Source of the DNA: Fistulifera solaris
Lineage: Eukaryota
Reading direction: 5' to 3'
Assembly (NCBI GenBank): GCA_030295235.1
Contig: AP026164.1
Coordinates: forward strand, 186,001-250,000
DNA length: 64,000 nucleotides
Below are positions 38,601 to 50,882 of this stretch, piece by piece. A program made the translations under genes and the position numbers. Numbering within the stretch: the first letter of the stretch is position 1; each line of letters begins with the position of its first letter. Under the pieces are notes generated by a model. That model had not been told where the DNA came from. It ran no database searches and was given only the letters and a program-made list of their open reading frames with translations.

Positions 38601-39097
38601 ATGACACACGCCTTATCGCCACCAAAGCTGATATACAATATCCCCGGATCCGGTTGGACATCACCACAATGGAATTGGGGCTACGCGGTCGGCACTGGAC
38701 ACGATTGTGCCCGCATTTGTCGTCAGCAATACGCGACACGAGCCGCTCGTGTCGCCTTGCTACAAAATATTGCAACAGAACCAGAGAATTTCGAAGAAAT
38801 CAAGTTAATATTGGCACTGGCGTGGCAAAAGGTCGCTGGGACGGGACGGATGGTGGCGAAGGAGGATACGGACAAGTATTGGAAGCACTCGCGGCCGCCA
38901 ATCGGTACGAATCATCATCCAACCATCAACAACTATTCTTTCTTGACATGCAAGAGAGGTTTCATTTATTGAAACCTACAGTTGAATTGCAGAAGAAAAT
39001 GAATGCTTTGTCGGAGCTTGAAAATGTAGACTTGGCTACACGACAATGCAGCGCACTCGTTTTAGAGTCTATGGGGTTCGTCGAGACAGGTTTGTGA
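38601..39097 (+). CDS. Hypothetical protein; frameshift near 38827
   Basis: IPGSGWTSPQWNWGYAVGTGHDCA in one frame continues as GRWDGTDGGEGGYGQVL in the next, joined at an A-run. Confidence 0.65.
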
Positions 39098-39448
39098 TCC
39101 ATTTTATTCAGGGCGTCAAAGTATACAAAGTAATAACAAAGATACTAGTTTGAGCGAACCGCCGGTCGATTTATTCTGGACTTGATTATCGTCAAAAGCA
39201 GCAACGGCAGAATCATAATTCTCTCCTCAACCTCTAAAATAGCTAGACTCTAGAAAAAGAAAAGATATCGGCATTGCCGACTATGCGGGAAACAGAGTTA
39301 GTGAATGTGAGATCATGACTGGAATTTAGTCACGAGTAAATTTTGTGACGCATAAAAGTAAGACGCGAGACGCGAACGAGGGGCGACAACTAGTTTCCAC
39401 CAAGCTATTACAATCAATACTCTCGGTTGAATTATATAACAAACAGAT

Positions 39449-39928
39449 ATGACCAGAATTCTACAAAGGATCATTCTCCTGTTGATTGTATTCGTTGCGA
39501 CAACCGAAAGCTTTGTTTCTCATTCCGCGGCGTCACGATCTCGTCATGACGCAATAACGTGGCATTGTGCACAAATCACGGAACAAGAAGCACGGAAAAG
39601 TATTGACAAAGTAGTAGCTGCGTTACGCAAAGACAAGGAAGCAATAAACGAACTGGGAAGGCTCGAAAGTGTGACAAATATTCTTGGTTTCGGTAGCCCT
39701 GTGGCTGGAAGTATTGCCGTTCGCTTCAATGCATCGTTTCGAAAAGGAGGTTTTGGGAGGTCTTCGATACCGATGCCATTTGGACTCGGTCAAACCAACA
39801 AGCCGGAAGGACGAGGGACTATGGTCGGTCAAGTGAAGGCTAATCTCGACGAAAAAAGCGGAAAAGTGACTAGTTGCTCGGTCTTTCGAGATTTAGGGTA
39901 TGGAAGAGCATTCAACTTGAAGTGCTAG
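39449..39928 (+). CDS. Hypothetical protein with bipartite plastid leader
   Basis: Signal ILLLIVFVATTES-FVSH; compact conserved-looking domain ending CSVFRDLGYGRAFNL. Confidence 0.75.
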   Translation: MTRILQRIILLLIVFVATTESFVSHSAASRSRHDAITWHCAQITEQEARKSIDKVVAALRKDKEAINELGRLESVTNILGFGSPVAGSIAVRFNASFRKGGFGRSSIPMPFGLGQTNKPEGRGTMVGQVKANLDEKSGKVTSCSVFRDLGYGRAFNLKC

Positions 39929-39978
39929 TTACTCAATACGGTGTACTAAAGGCAACAAAGATGATACTTTTTAGCGTC

Positions 39979-40803
39979 TCAAATCTCGCCTTCTTCCGTC
40001 AGCACAATTGTCTTCTTGTAGGCACCATTTAAGGTCGTCCACTGAACTTTCTTCTTATGCACGGCCTGCCGATCTTGAGCCCACTTTTCTTGAAGCGCCC
40101 GTTGTCGATCTTGCACTAATCTAGATTTGCCACCCAGTCCTTCCCCCCGCTTGGTCACCCAATGATCTTGGAGGTCCATTTGATTGGCGAAGCAGTCACT
40201 GAAGAGTGTCGAATTGGCGGTTAAAAAGGCTTTTGTTGAAGCGTGGGTCGCGTCGTAACTCTCTCCGTGAAAGGTGATAGTTTCTTCTGGATTCAAATGA
40301 TCAAATGCGGCAAAATCCTTACTGTTTTCTCCAGTGGTGCCGCTGCTTTTGCGTGCTCCGCGTCGTGACGTATCACGGATGTTAGCCTCCAACCTTTTAG
40401 GCGAATGGTGAGGATTCATTGTATCTTTTAGGAAGTGTTCCTCTGCTGCGGACAGGCGACTTTTTTCATTTTGATGCTTTCGGGAATGCCAGGCAGGGTA
40501 CTTGCTGTTGTAAGAAACCACCCTTCTTCTCGGATCTACCTGATGGTCTAGTTTGGCACTGCTATCCGCAGCGTGTTCATGTTGTGGAGTCTCTTTAGCA
40601 ACAATGCTGCTTTTTGATTCTGGAGTAAGGGGGATATTACTTTTCCGAGAATCTTGTTGACGAAGGCGTTCTTGATTGGGAGTGGGTCTCTTTGAAATCT
40701 GTCCTTTCTGAAAGTGACTTTGATGCTGCTCGCTCACACTAGCAAGCCATTGCCTTAGTTCGCTCACTGACATTTGCACGGGCGAGTCTCTATCATTGTT
40801 CAT
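39979..40803 (-). CDS. Hypothetical hydrophilic protein
   Basis: 274-aa ATG-initiated ORF; SVSELRQWLA near the N-terminus and KKKVQW...GAYKKTIV at the C-terminus. Confidence 0.65.
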   Translation of the reverse strand: MNNDRDSPVQMSVSELRQWLASVSEQHQSHFQKGQISKRPTPNQERLRQQDSRKSNIPLTPESKSSIVAKETPQHEHAADSSAKLDHQVDPRRRVVSYNSKYPAWHSRKHQNEKSRLSAAEEHFLKDTMNPHHSPKRLEANIRDTSRRGARKSSGTTGENSKDFAAFDHLNPEETITFHGESYDATHASTKAFLTANSTLFSDCFANQMDLQDHWVTKRGEGLGGKSRLVQDRQRALQEKWAQDRQAVHKKKVQWTTLNGAYKKTIVLTEEGEI

Positions 40804-41219
40804 TTTTTTAATAGAAAACCACTAGCGAGAGGTCTTCTATGAATGACAATAGTCACTTATAAACCTCCAAGTCTTGTCAGTGTTTGTGAGAAAAACGAAA
40901 CAAGGACGCATGTACGCATTGTGGATGGTTTTGTATTCGATAATTCAATTTCTATTTCGTCACGGGATTGAAATTAGATATTGATGCCAGTCCGTTCTAA
41001 TCGGCACGATTTGATGTATGTGCGTTTCTGTGAGGTGCGCCTGTGAGGTGCGCAGTCGTTTTTCGTGTCTCTTGAAAGTGTTGCGATGCACCGAAACTCC
41101 TTGTGCAATGGCTGCTCCATTATAGCACCAAGATTTTACTTGTCGTACTACATCACTTAGAAAAGAAGTGACGCCAGTGAATGGTGTCCCGGAGAATAAC
41201 AAAATCGGCAAGTTCCTTG

Positions 41220-42581
41220 TCAACCGAGACGCTTCGTTGTAAGAGGAGCAGAACTCATGAGATCCGGGCAAGTTTGGATCATGCTGATAATGATCTCCAA
41301 GGAAACATCGTATTCGTATGCCAGCTGGAATGGCGTCCGACCCTGATTATCTTGCATTCGTGCTGATTCGGGGGATTCCAGCAGCAGCATTCTCAAGCAT
41401 TCGTCTGGTTGCCTCTTTTGAATGGCGATGTGGATCGGTAATTTGCCGTCACTGTTGGGAGTGTCAACCGACGGTCGATACGCATTTATTAAATACCGTA
41501 CCACCGCCATCGATACTTTCGATTGAAGTGCTTTATGTAGCGGTAACTCGCACTTAATTCGACAGGTAGATGATACCAGAACTGGTTGCTCATCGACCAG
41601 CATTTCGACCACAGCCATCATGTCATCGGCATTCATGCTCAACGAGTCGGAAAATACACAGTCGAGAGGAGTTCGCCCCATAAAGTCTCGCTGCACCAGT
41701 GCGTCTTTGTGCATGTAGGATACCAGCAGTCGGATGACTTGCACGTCTCGTCGCTTCAGTATTGCTAAATGCAATGGTAAACATCCTTCGGCGTCCACCA
41801 ACCGCGTACTATGATCACATTTTCTAACAAAAAACTCGATCACTTCAATTTCATGATCGTATATGATAGCCAGATGCAATGGTAGTCGTCCTTCGTTGTC
41901 GGCTTTCACTAGAGCATCTGGATATTCTCGCGCCCAGTAACGAATCAACTCGGTTGTCGCACTTTCCATCAATGCGTAATGTAGAGGCAAGCACTCGTAA
42001 TCATCTGCCTTGCACAGGGCTTCGGGATTTTTCGACACCAAGAGTTCGACTGTTTTGAGCGGCATTCCCTCCGAAACCGCCAAGTGAAGCGGCACGCGGC
42101 CTTCCCCATCTCCTCGTTCGAGCCCCTCCGGATACTTTTCGACAAGGAATTGTATGATTTCTTTCGGTGCATTCCCTTGCACTGCCACGTGCAACGGCAG
42201 CTGTCCTAAATAACACGCCGAATGAATAGCCCACTCGCATCGTTGATAAAGAAATTGCACGATTCGGAGGTCGGCATTTCCTTGACATGCTACATGCAAT
42301 GGCATTTTGCCGTCGGGGTCTACTACAGAGACACAACGCGGATCCTCTGCAGTTAAATCAATCACTTTTTGATACGAGCAGCAACCCGAATAAAGCTCGT
42401 ACGTCAATTTCGAGTAAGGATCGAGACGCGGCATTCGTTCATGGAACGCATCTGAAGCTCCGGACGAAACGGGTGGCGCCGATAGTCGACGTTTCGACTC
42501 CTCGGCTTTCTTACCTCCATTTGTAAGGCACAACAATGAAACAACCGGCGCCGATAAACGTCGTGATTTAATAGCAGACAT
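41220..42581 (-). CDS. Ankyrin-repeat protein
   Basis: About 10 repeats of G-x-(L/M)PLH-x-A, e.g. DGKMPLHVAC, GQLPLHVAV, EGRVPLHLAV, EGRLPLHLAI, GRTPLD. Confidence 0.93.
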   Translation of the reverse strand: MSAIKSRRLSAPVVSLLCLTNGGKKAEESKRRLSAPPVSSGASDAFHERMPRLDPYSKLTYELYSGCCSYQKVIDLTAEDPRCVSVVDPDGKMPLHVACQGNADLRIVQFLYQRCEWAIHSACYLGQLPLHVAVQGNAPKEIIQFLVEKYPEGLERGDGEGRVPLHLAVSEGMPLKTVELLVSKNPEALCKADDYECLPLHYALMESATTELIRYWAREYPDALVKADNEGRLPLHLAIIYDHEIEVIEFFVRKCDHSTRLVDAEGCLPLHLAILKRRDVQVIRLLVSYMHKDALVQRDFMGRTPLDCVFSDSLSMNADDMMAVVEMLVDEQPVLVSSTCRIKCELPLHKALQSKVSMAVVRYLINAYRPSVDTPNSDGKLPIHIAIQKRQPDECLRMLLLESPESARMQDNQGRTPFQLAYEYDVSLEIIISMIQTCPDLMSSAPLTTKRLG

Positions 42582-43260
42582 GATTACGACGGAAAGAGGT
42601 TATTCATTGCCCTAATCTGAGTTTGCCCAAGGATTGGTGTCTTTGAATGTACACAATAAAAGTGCGGAGAGCTCACCGACCACAGAACCGCAAGAACAGC
42701 GACCACAAGCCACAAGATGAACAACCACGTTGCTCGCAAGCTACTCTTAAAGAAGCTAACAGGTAACAGGTAACAGCAAAATAGATGCCAGGCAGCTTAC
42801 AGCATGCAAGACAGACCCAAGACACCCGCGAAAACGCGGCCCCAGTAAAAAGGTAGCGCGTGATGTCCAAAACTCCCACAAAAAGGAGGCACGTGGCACG
42901 ATTTGACGCTTAATCACTAATTACGACCCACCACTACACTTATCGTAATACAGATGCAATCTTGTCTATTGCCCCGGTCTGTCGGTAGAATTCTGTAGAG
43001 CAGTCATCCTTCTTGGATTTTTACAGGCATTGCGACGGTTTGTCTTTACATAACGATACTTCGCGACAAAGGGCCCGTTATTTCTTTGGACCTTCCCAAA
43101 CTCAAAGCAAAATAAACAATACAACTTCCGATGAGAGGACGAGAATTTAGAATTTCCAAAGGCCAACTTCCCGAGGTCTTACAACTAAACGTTCTCAAGC
43201 ATTTACAAAACAAGACTTCTATCACAAAAAGGCGAAACAATATCGGATGACCTTTTGAAT

Positions 43261-44045
43261 ATGACTACGAACTTACAGCGGCTTTACACGGCTGCGATTG
43301 CGCTCAATAACATGGCGATTTCCTTCATGGAGCGCGGATTGTATGCACCAGCGAGCGAAACGTTAAACAGCGCCGCGATGCTCATGAAAGATATTTCCAC
43401 ACTATCGCTCGCTCAAGCTGCGTGCTCTCAAGATGACGGAACTCGTCAGAAGATTGCGGATATGGTTCGCAGGGCAGAGAGTTATCTCGGTCTGAGTGGA
43501 ATCAAGCCGCATTTCAGCGGCATCACTCTTCGAGTGGTGAACGAAGATTCGGCAGTCTCTGCCGTTGGGGCCACCAGAGCAAAAATCTCACACTTTGGGA
43601 GACAAGACCCATTGTAGTCATTCGGATGGAAGCTGGATCGATTCAAGATCTCCGCCATCGCAACCCCAACGTTGATTCCAGTTTCATTTTGTACAACTTG
43701 GGGTGTGGTCAACTTTGCCGAGCCTGCAGCTTGGAGACGAAACGCTTATCGCATGCACTCGTGAATAATGCTCAACGACTCTTCCTTTTCTCTCTCACTG
43801 TCTTAGAGAATGTAATTGCCGACATGGAAGCTGGAGGAATCGGCAACGACGAGAGCGATATGTGTTACATTGTACCGGCAGTCATTTTGGTTCTTCGCAG
43901 CCTAACAAAAACTGCATTTATGCTTGGACAGTATGAGAATGTTAAACTGTTTGGTTCTCAGGCAGATTCCTTTGAAGAGTTCTTTGTTGAGCAAACGTAT
44001 CTCTCGTTATTGTTTGCCCCGCTTTCGGCTGCAGCAGCTGCATGA
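43261..44045 (+). CDS. Hypothetical TPR-like helical protein ending in poly-Ala; frameshift near 43600-43625
   Basis: AAIALNNMAISFMERG...ILYNLG...AAAAA*; paralogous to 53774-54589. Confidence 0.7.
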
Positions 44046-44501
44046 AGGGCAGGCGGCGGCGGCCTGATTGAACTTTTGCTTTTTGACGACTTTTTCAGCC
44101 ATTTTTGATAGTATTACATTTTTAATGATTACTTCGCATGTACCCTACCGTCTTCTTCTTCATAGCAGATTATAGGAAAGATTGGAGCGCTAGGGAACTC
44201 AATGCCTAGCTACTGGGGGAATGAATACATTATTTTAGACGAATTACGTCACTGATACGTCACACATACGTCATGGTAGACTCCCTTACACTTACACACT
44301 GTACACCATCTTTCGTCTTGCCGTTCCCCGCGGTGTATGTGTTGTCAGCGAAATACCTATGCGACTGAGACCTGCAATTTTCTCATCTTGGACTTGAGAA
44401 AATAATGAAGCGCAAAAATTGAAAAGCACAGCTCATCGAGACTATTCTAATTTTCATAAACCCGTCTCGTTACACAAGATTTCAGGCATAAGGGAAGCGA
44501 A

Positions 44502-45489
44502 ATGAAGCTAATTGTATTCAGTTTCCTATTCGTGAATCTTAGCGCGACTTGGGCTATGACATCGTCATCGAACTGTGCTGTATTTGGAGTAGGCGTTCTC
44601 GGCACCAGCTTATGCCGACAAATTCTCGATGCCTATCCCAAAGCAGAGGTCACAGGAATCACCAAAACAACCAATCGACATGAAGAAATCTTGAGTCACG
44701 TAGGCGGAACTCACAGTGGGCGCTTCCATCTCTGCACAAGTGATCAAGTCAATCAAAAATACGAAAATGTCATTTTTTGTGCTCCACCATCCGGATTTGA
44801 AGATTACGCAGGCGCCGTGAAAGAAGTCATCGACAATGTATGGAGCGGTCCTGAAAATAAAGGCGTCTTTATTTTTACTTCCAGCGGTGGAATGTAAGTG
44901 CTACCGTGTTTGGGGCTTCATTCTCGCAGAATACTTCTCTGACCCTTTTCTTCTCATTCGTCTCGTGCAGATACGGCGCCGGCAATCGCCAGTCGATTAC
45001 AGAGAATTCCCCCGTAGCAGACCCGAAGAGAACCCACGCGTAGCGCGTCTCATTGGTGCAGAAGAAGTCGTTCGTGCCGCCGGAGGATGCTGTCTCCGTC
45101 TGGCCGGACTCTACAATTTACAGCGAGGACCTCACAATTTCTGGCTGACGAGTGGTAAAGCTGTTTCCGGTGGCCCCGATGGTATTATTAACATGCTGCA
45201 TTATGATGATGCAGCTGGGGCATGTGTGGCTGCTTTAAAGGCGGATCCCGACCAAACTCGCGGAAAGAATTTTCTCATTAGCGATGGCCATCCACTTTCC
45301 CGTAAGCAGATTTGTGAAGCTGCGTTACAGGCTAGCATTTATCAGGCGAACAGTATGCCGGAGTTTTTGGGCAGTGACGATCCACTATCCAACTTGGGGA
45401 AAGCATACGACGGGACCTTCAGTAATCAAGTACTCCAATGGAAGCCTGAATATGAATCTATGTTCAGTTACTTTCGTCAGCACCAATAG
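44502..45489 (+). CDS. NAD(P)-binding Rossmann-fold epimerase/dehydratase-like protein (atypical SDR) with signal peptide; intron 44894..44970, one frameshift
   Basis: VFGVGVLG, VIFCAPPS, FTSSGG, LRLAGLY..RGPH, INMLHYDDAA. Confidence 0.85.
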
Positions 45490-45981
45490 CATCGTTTGAT
45501 AGAATAAAAAATAATATAGATTTGCTTTGACCAATGAAGACAATAACATTGGGGATCAAGAGCGCTATCCTCTCGATCGTTGCCGCAGCAGTGACCAGGC
45601 AGTCAACGATACGGAAGCTTTTCGAAGGCGTAATCAAGATGTTATGCTTCAAATGAAAACCGAACTTCAAATAGATGATACCTGGTACATTTTGTACAAT
45701 CATTTTTGGCCGAGGTATTTTCACCGTTCTATTCGTTTTCCGGAGCAGGAGCGTGACTGAAATTCAGTCGTGGAAAAGCCTTTGTATTATTTTCTGCTCA
45801 TTTTTTCGCATCACTGCGACGATGATGATGCCATATGTGATATCATACTTCTTTCACGTTTTTAGAAAGATAAATGTATTTTTTTCGTCGCAAATTAGAC
45901 CACTCAAAAGATCGAACGAACAGTATTAAAAGTAGCCCTTAATATCTACATAGGTGAACTTATAGCTGGACAAGAAATCAA

Positions 45982-47220
45982 ATGGATCACTTATCTACGA
46001 GAGAAGAACGCAAAGCACGTTGGTACTCTAAGGTGATGCCGCGCTTTCTACAAATTGTTCCTGCACAGAAACGACAGGACATTTTGAATGGAACGAATGA
46101 CAATTTAACGAGTATTCCCTTTTCATGGATTCAAAAGGATGTTACTGATGATCCTTCTTCGATCACAGATCTTTTGCATACGTGTCTCCGCAAAGATGGC
46201 TTTGTCGTTATTAGTGGTGTTTTAAGCGATGATGAATGTCAAATTGCTCTAAATCAAGCCTGGGACTGGTTGGAAGTTGCCAGTAGGGCGGAGGACAGTC
46301 TACAGGCTAGCGAAACGCAACAAACATGTCCGTGGATTGATCGAAATGATGTGACGACTCTCCGATCGGGTATTTTCCCAACGAGCCTCGAAGGCGGTGT
46401 TCTACCATTTCACGGATCCGGTCATTCTACGGCGGCGTGGGCCATTCGATCGCATCCATCTGTACGAGCCATCTATGAGGCGTTGTTTCAGACAGATGAT
46501 TTAATCGCATCGTTGGATGGGATGGTCCTGTGGCATTCCCATCAAGTGCTGATGGATTCCGGTTGGTTTCATGTTGATCAGAATCCACGGGAGAAACCGG
46601 AGTTTTGCAGCTATCAAGGATTGCTCAATCTACTACCTGTCACTCCATGTACAGGAGGGAATGTGATAGTCCGAGGATCACACGATTTGTTTCCCGATCA
46701 TTATCGGAACCACCCCGATCCAAACTGCCGGGAATTTTACAACATGCGTTTGGATGAGTTGAACGGTGACGATTGGATGGAGATTGATCCAAACGACCAC
46801 GCAGCAGTCGATCCACAGAAAGTGATTTCGTTACTTCTTGAACCTGGGGACTTTCTCCTGTGGGACTCTCGAACCATTCACTGTTCCCACCCTCCCTCCG
46901 CAACATCCTTCGCTTGTCTTCCACCCCAACTGGTGCGTGCTGCTACACTGGTCACCATGATGCCCACGACATGGGCAAATTCAGATGTACTTCAAAAGCG
47001 AAAGGATGCTGTTCAGCGACAAAGAACGCTTTCACACTGGGCTAATCGCGTTGCTCCGTTAGGAGCTGAATGCGATGAACAAGTCCAGCTGGAGGCCGCG
47101 CGAGTAGATTTCATTCGTCAATGGCAGGCGGCTACTCGACAAGTAATTCTTTGCAACTGGGACGATCTGAGTCCGTATCAACAGTCCCTGGTAGTGGGTA
47201 AAGAAGCGAGGAATGAATAG
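45982..47220 (+). CDS. Phytanoyl-CoA dioxygenase (PhyH)-family 2OG-Fe(II) oxygenase
   Basis: DGFVVISGVL, WFHVDQNP (HxD), QGLLNL, GSH, PGDFLLWDSRTIHC. Confidence 0.88.
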   Translation: MDHLSTREERKARWYSKVMPRFLQIVPAQKRQDILNGTNDNLTSIPFSWIQKDVTDDPSSITDLLHTCLRKDGFVVISGVLSDDECQIALNQAWDWLEVASRAEDSLQASETQQTCPWIDRNDVTTLRSGIFPTSLEGGVLPFHGSGHSTAAWAIRSHPSVRAIYEALFQTDDLIASLDGMVLWHSHQVLMDSGWFHVDQNPREKPEFCSYQGLLNLLPVTPCTGGNVIVRGSHDLFPDHYRNHPDPNCREFYNMRLDELNGDDWMEIDPNDHAAVDPQKVISLLLEPGDFLLWDSRTIHCSHPPSATSFACLPPQLVRAATLVTMMPTTWANSDVLQKRKDAVQRQRTLSHWANRVAPLGAECDEQVQLEAARVDFIRQWQAATRQVILCNWDDLSPYQQSLVVGKEARNE

Positions 47221-47338
47221 AGATTGTTCCAATGTTGTTATGTACTGTAAACCAATAAAGTTGAAGGAGTAGCAGTATCAAATTTTTCTTGTTATACGCA
47301 CGCAGCAACCAAATGTCTGGCTGATTACTTAAAATTTG

Positions 47339-48514
47339 TTAAAGTTTCACATTCCATCCGTACTTATCTTCAACTTCACCATTTTGAATGGCTCGCACTT
47401 TATCGTAAAGTTTACGTGTCACCGGACCAATCTCGCCCTCCCCGAATTTGTATTGCTTAATGTCATCTCCATCCAACCGTGTAATACTACCCACCGGTGT
47501 CACGACAACAGCTGTGCCCACCGCTAAAACTTCGTCGAATTCGTCCAACTCCTCAATGTCAATATCACGCTGCTCCACTTTCATTCCTTCCTCTTCTGCC
47601 AGTTGCATCAATGCTTTGTTGGTGATAGATGGTAACACGGAGGGCGATTTCGGAGTCACATAACTATTGGTAGCGTGCTTAATCCCAACAAAGTTACTGG
47701 TACTGAATTCTTCAATTTTGGTTTGCGTTTTCGCGTCCAAATACAGTCCAATTGGAAATCCCTGTTTCTTGGAAAGCATGTTGGGCAACAAGTCCGCTGC
47801 GTAGTTACCGGCCACTTTGGCCGCTCCAACTCCCCGCGGTGCCGCCCGATCAAAGTCCGTAATCAAAAGACCTTTGACGGGACTAGCCAAACCTCCCTTG
47901 TAATAATCGCCCACCGGGATGACGAGACACACAAAGGTGTATTCATCGGCCGGTTGCAAACCGATGCGGGGGCCCGATCCGAAAAGAATGGGACGAATGT
48001 AGAGTGCTCCTCCGGAGCCATAAGGCGGAACATATTCAATGTTATCGTTGACGACCGCTTTGACGGCATCAATGAACAAGTCGGTGGGCATTTTTGCCAT
48101 GCGGATGCGATCACACGAAGCTTGCATGCGTTTGGCGTTTTCGTCCGGTCGGAAAATATTGACGGTTCCATCTTCGTGACAAAAGGCTTTGAGTCCCTCA
48201 AAACAGGCTTGACCGTAATGCAGTGCTGTTGCACCGATGTGTAATTGAATGTACGGTTCTTTGACCATTTCTGGTTTTCCCCAACCTTCCCCTTCTTTGT
48301 AAGTGACACGCACATGACTGTTGGTAGGACGAAATTCGAATCCCAGTTCTCCCCACGGAACATCTAACTTGGCAGTACCCGGTTTTTTCGTTTGTAGTGA
48401 CATTTGAAGTTGCGTCGCATCGAGTGCTCTTGTAGGAATGCCCGACGCAAGAAAGGCGAACGAAGAGACGGGCAGCCAACAGGCTAGTAACAAGGTGCTT
48501 TGTATAAATCTCAT
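47339..48514 (-). CDS. ilvE: Branched-chain amino acid aminotransferase, plastid-targeted
   Basis: Leader ...PVSSFA-FLAS; LHYGQACFEGLKA; FRPDENAKR; LYIRP; AKVAGNYA (PLP Lys); EEFSTSNF; LPSITN; GTAVVVTPV. Confidence 0.96.
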   Translation of the reverse strand: MRFIQSTLLLACWLPVSSFAFLASGIPTRALDATQLQMSLQTKKPGTAKLDVPWGELGFEFRPTNSHVRVTYKEGEGWGKPEMVKEPYIQLHIGATALHYGQACFEGLKAFCHEDGTVNIFRPDENAKRMQASCDRIRMAKMPTDLFIDAVKAVVNDNIEYVPPYGSGGALYIRPILFGSGPRIGLQPADEYTFVCLVIPVGDYYKGGLASPVKGLLITDFDRAAPRGVGAAKVAGNYAADLLPNMLSKKQGFPIGLYLDAKTQTKIEEFSTSNFVGIKHATNSYVTPKSPSVLPSITNKALMQLAEEEGMKVEQRDIDIEELDEFDEVLAVGTAVVVTPVGSITRLDGDDIKQYKFGEGEIGPVTRKLYDKVRAIQNGEVEDKYGWNVKL

Positions 48515-49222
48515 AGTGTGCTTTGCGGTTAAATGAATGGCTCTTTAGTCGTCGAATGATCCTGTCGAAAAGAGTAATTAACGAGCTTGTCTTATTGCTA
48601 TGATAAAGGATGTTTTTTAACACTTCGTAGCAATGATTGACGTGCGATGATAACAACATGATAAAAGCGGCTATCGATGATTGTGAACGTCTGGGTCTGT
48701 CAGTTGTCAGTCAGACGGTACCTCTAGTACGACGGGTCTGAGGTCTGAGCTGGTCATTCATCGTGACGTCATAGAAGCACACTTTACGATCATAGTGAAA
48801 ACTCGCAGAGATACTTCTTTTGAGTTTTTGACGTTATTAAAAGATCTAGACCTCTAGGAGCAAAAGTCTCCGCGTGAGGAACACGACTTTACAAGAAAAC
48901 ATGAAGTTGAAATGGATCATGGCTGATGCAAGCAACACAAAAGCGAAGTATTTTCTTGTTGTCTCATTACTCATGACTCAAAAGCAGTCGTGGGGAAATG
49001 TCGTCTACACTCGAGGCTATAGTGCAAGATCAATTCGTCTGTCTTGGTCCGATTTTTGGCGTCAGGGTCATTCATGTTGACAGCTCTCGATCGTTTCACG
49101 CAAAATGATTGTTTCGAGTTTCGAGTGATTTTTTTTGATCGAGATGCCAACCATTGCAGGGCAAAATATCCCCTAGCATCAATTTTTCCCTTGTCAAATA
49201 GTAGCAAAAAGACACGTTCCGC

Positions 49223-50882
49223 ATGTCAAACCTCAAGATGCTACGGGTAGCGTCAATTCACATCATCCTTCTCGCATGGGCACTGAATAATGTATCGGCA
49301 TTTGCCTCGCTGTCGGCAGGACGATCTGTGGCGCGTCAAACACGCAGCACACTGCCATCGTACCATCGCGGTATCATACCCAAGCATAAAACTTCTTCTT
49401 TGGTCCGCATGGCACTAACGTTCCCCCGAGGAGGAGGAGGAGGAATAGTTGCGAATGCTGCTTCATCACCGCAATCGTTGTTCAATTTCACGTTACTCTC
49501 TCTGGCTATCACGACCGTACTCGTGAAAGTGCTCCAAAAAGCTACGGCGCCAACGATTGCGGAACAAGATCGTGTCAACAAACCTGCTTCCATCCGTGCT
49601 TTGCAGACAAAATTCTTGCCCGTCTTTTGGTTGTTGCGTTGCGCCGATTGGCTTCAAGGACCGTATTTTTATGAAGGTACGCCCATTTGGTTGTAATATT
49701 GAATCGAATTGACCTTTCGTCATCTTTGGCTCACCTACTGTTTGCTTCCAGTTTACGCTTCTAAAGTATTTAATGGTGTCCAGGCTTCGATGAGCTTGGT
49801 CAGTCGTTTGTTTTTAACTGGGTTCGCTTCGACCGCCGTGTTTGGACCGTCCGTGGGACGTGCTGCAGATCAGTATGGGCGTAAAAAGGCCACAATCGCT
49901 TTTTTCTCTTATTTATGCGGCAGGAGCCTTGTCAACGAAGAGTCCCTTCTTGGTCGTGCTATTCTTAGGACGTGTCTTGTCCGGTATCGGTACCAGCTTA
50001 TTGTTCAGTGCTCCGGAATCGTGGCTCGTGGGCGAGGCACAAAAGAGCGGCGATGATCCCGATGGCAAATACTTGGGAGAAACATTTGGATTGGCGTACG
50101 CGGGGGACTCGATTGTGGCCATCTTGGCGGGACAAATGGCCGGTATGGCGGCACTACGTCGCGGTTCGACTGGACCATTCGAACTGTCGACGGCGATCCT
50201 TATCATGGGTGGTTTGTTGACGAGTGTTTTATGGAAAGAAAACGCTGCATCCAGAACGGACAAATCAGAATCGAACACCATTCGAGATGCGGTTCAAGTG
50301 GTCAAGAAAGACCCCAAGATCATGTTGGTGGGAATTGTTCAATCTCTCTTTGAAGCGGCCATGTACATATTCGTGTTGCAATGGCCGCCCGCCATGGCCA
50401 AAGCAATTGCTTTGGCATATGGACAAGCTGCGGTACCGTACGGGGCCATCTTTTCTTGTTTCATGGCTTGTTGTTTGCTAGGGTCTACCCTCTTTGGTCA
50501 ATTCGCCAAAATGGGAGTCACTACCGAATCGTTCACGCTCGGTATGCTGTCCATCGCAACCATCGCCATGTCCAGTGCCACTTGGATCACGTCCTCCGGC
50601 GCGTCCGCCGCACTTACGGGACTCATGGCGGCCTTCTTTGCTTTTGAGGCTTGCGTCGGTATGTACTTTCCCTCCATTGGGACACTGCGCAGCAAATACG
50701 TACCGGACTCGCATCGTTCAGTGATTATGAACTTGTTTGGCATTCCGCTCAATGTACTAGTAGTGAGTGTTTTTTTATCCATTCAAAAGTTGGGTGTAAC
50801 GGGTGCTTTGTCTATTTCGTCGGGGGCGCTTGGGTTGGCAACGCTCGCCATGTTTCAGCTGAACCGCACAATTCGCAAGTAA
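49223..50882 (+). CDS. MFS molybdate-anion transporter family (MOT2/MFSD5) with signal/ASAF-like leader; intron 49677..49751, frameshift near 49900
   Basis: ADWLQGPYFY, ADQYGRKK, GRVLSGIGTSLLFSAPESW, QSLFEAAMYIFVLQW, FEACVGMYFPSIGTLRSKYVP, IMNLFGIPLN. Confidence 0.9.

Noticed and set aside
992..45687. CCWGG core as bacterial Dcm sites or contamination
   Set aside because: The sequence is intron-containing eukaryotic DNA, and the enrichment concerns the 9-mer in intergenic DNA rather than CCWGG alone.
45982..47220. PhyH gene as chlorophyll c synthase
   Set aside because: No signal or ASAF leader is visible, and orthology cannot be established without alignment.
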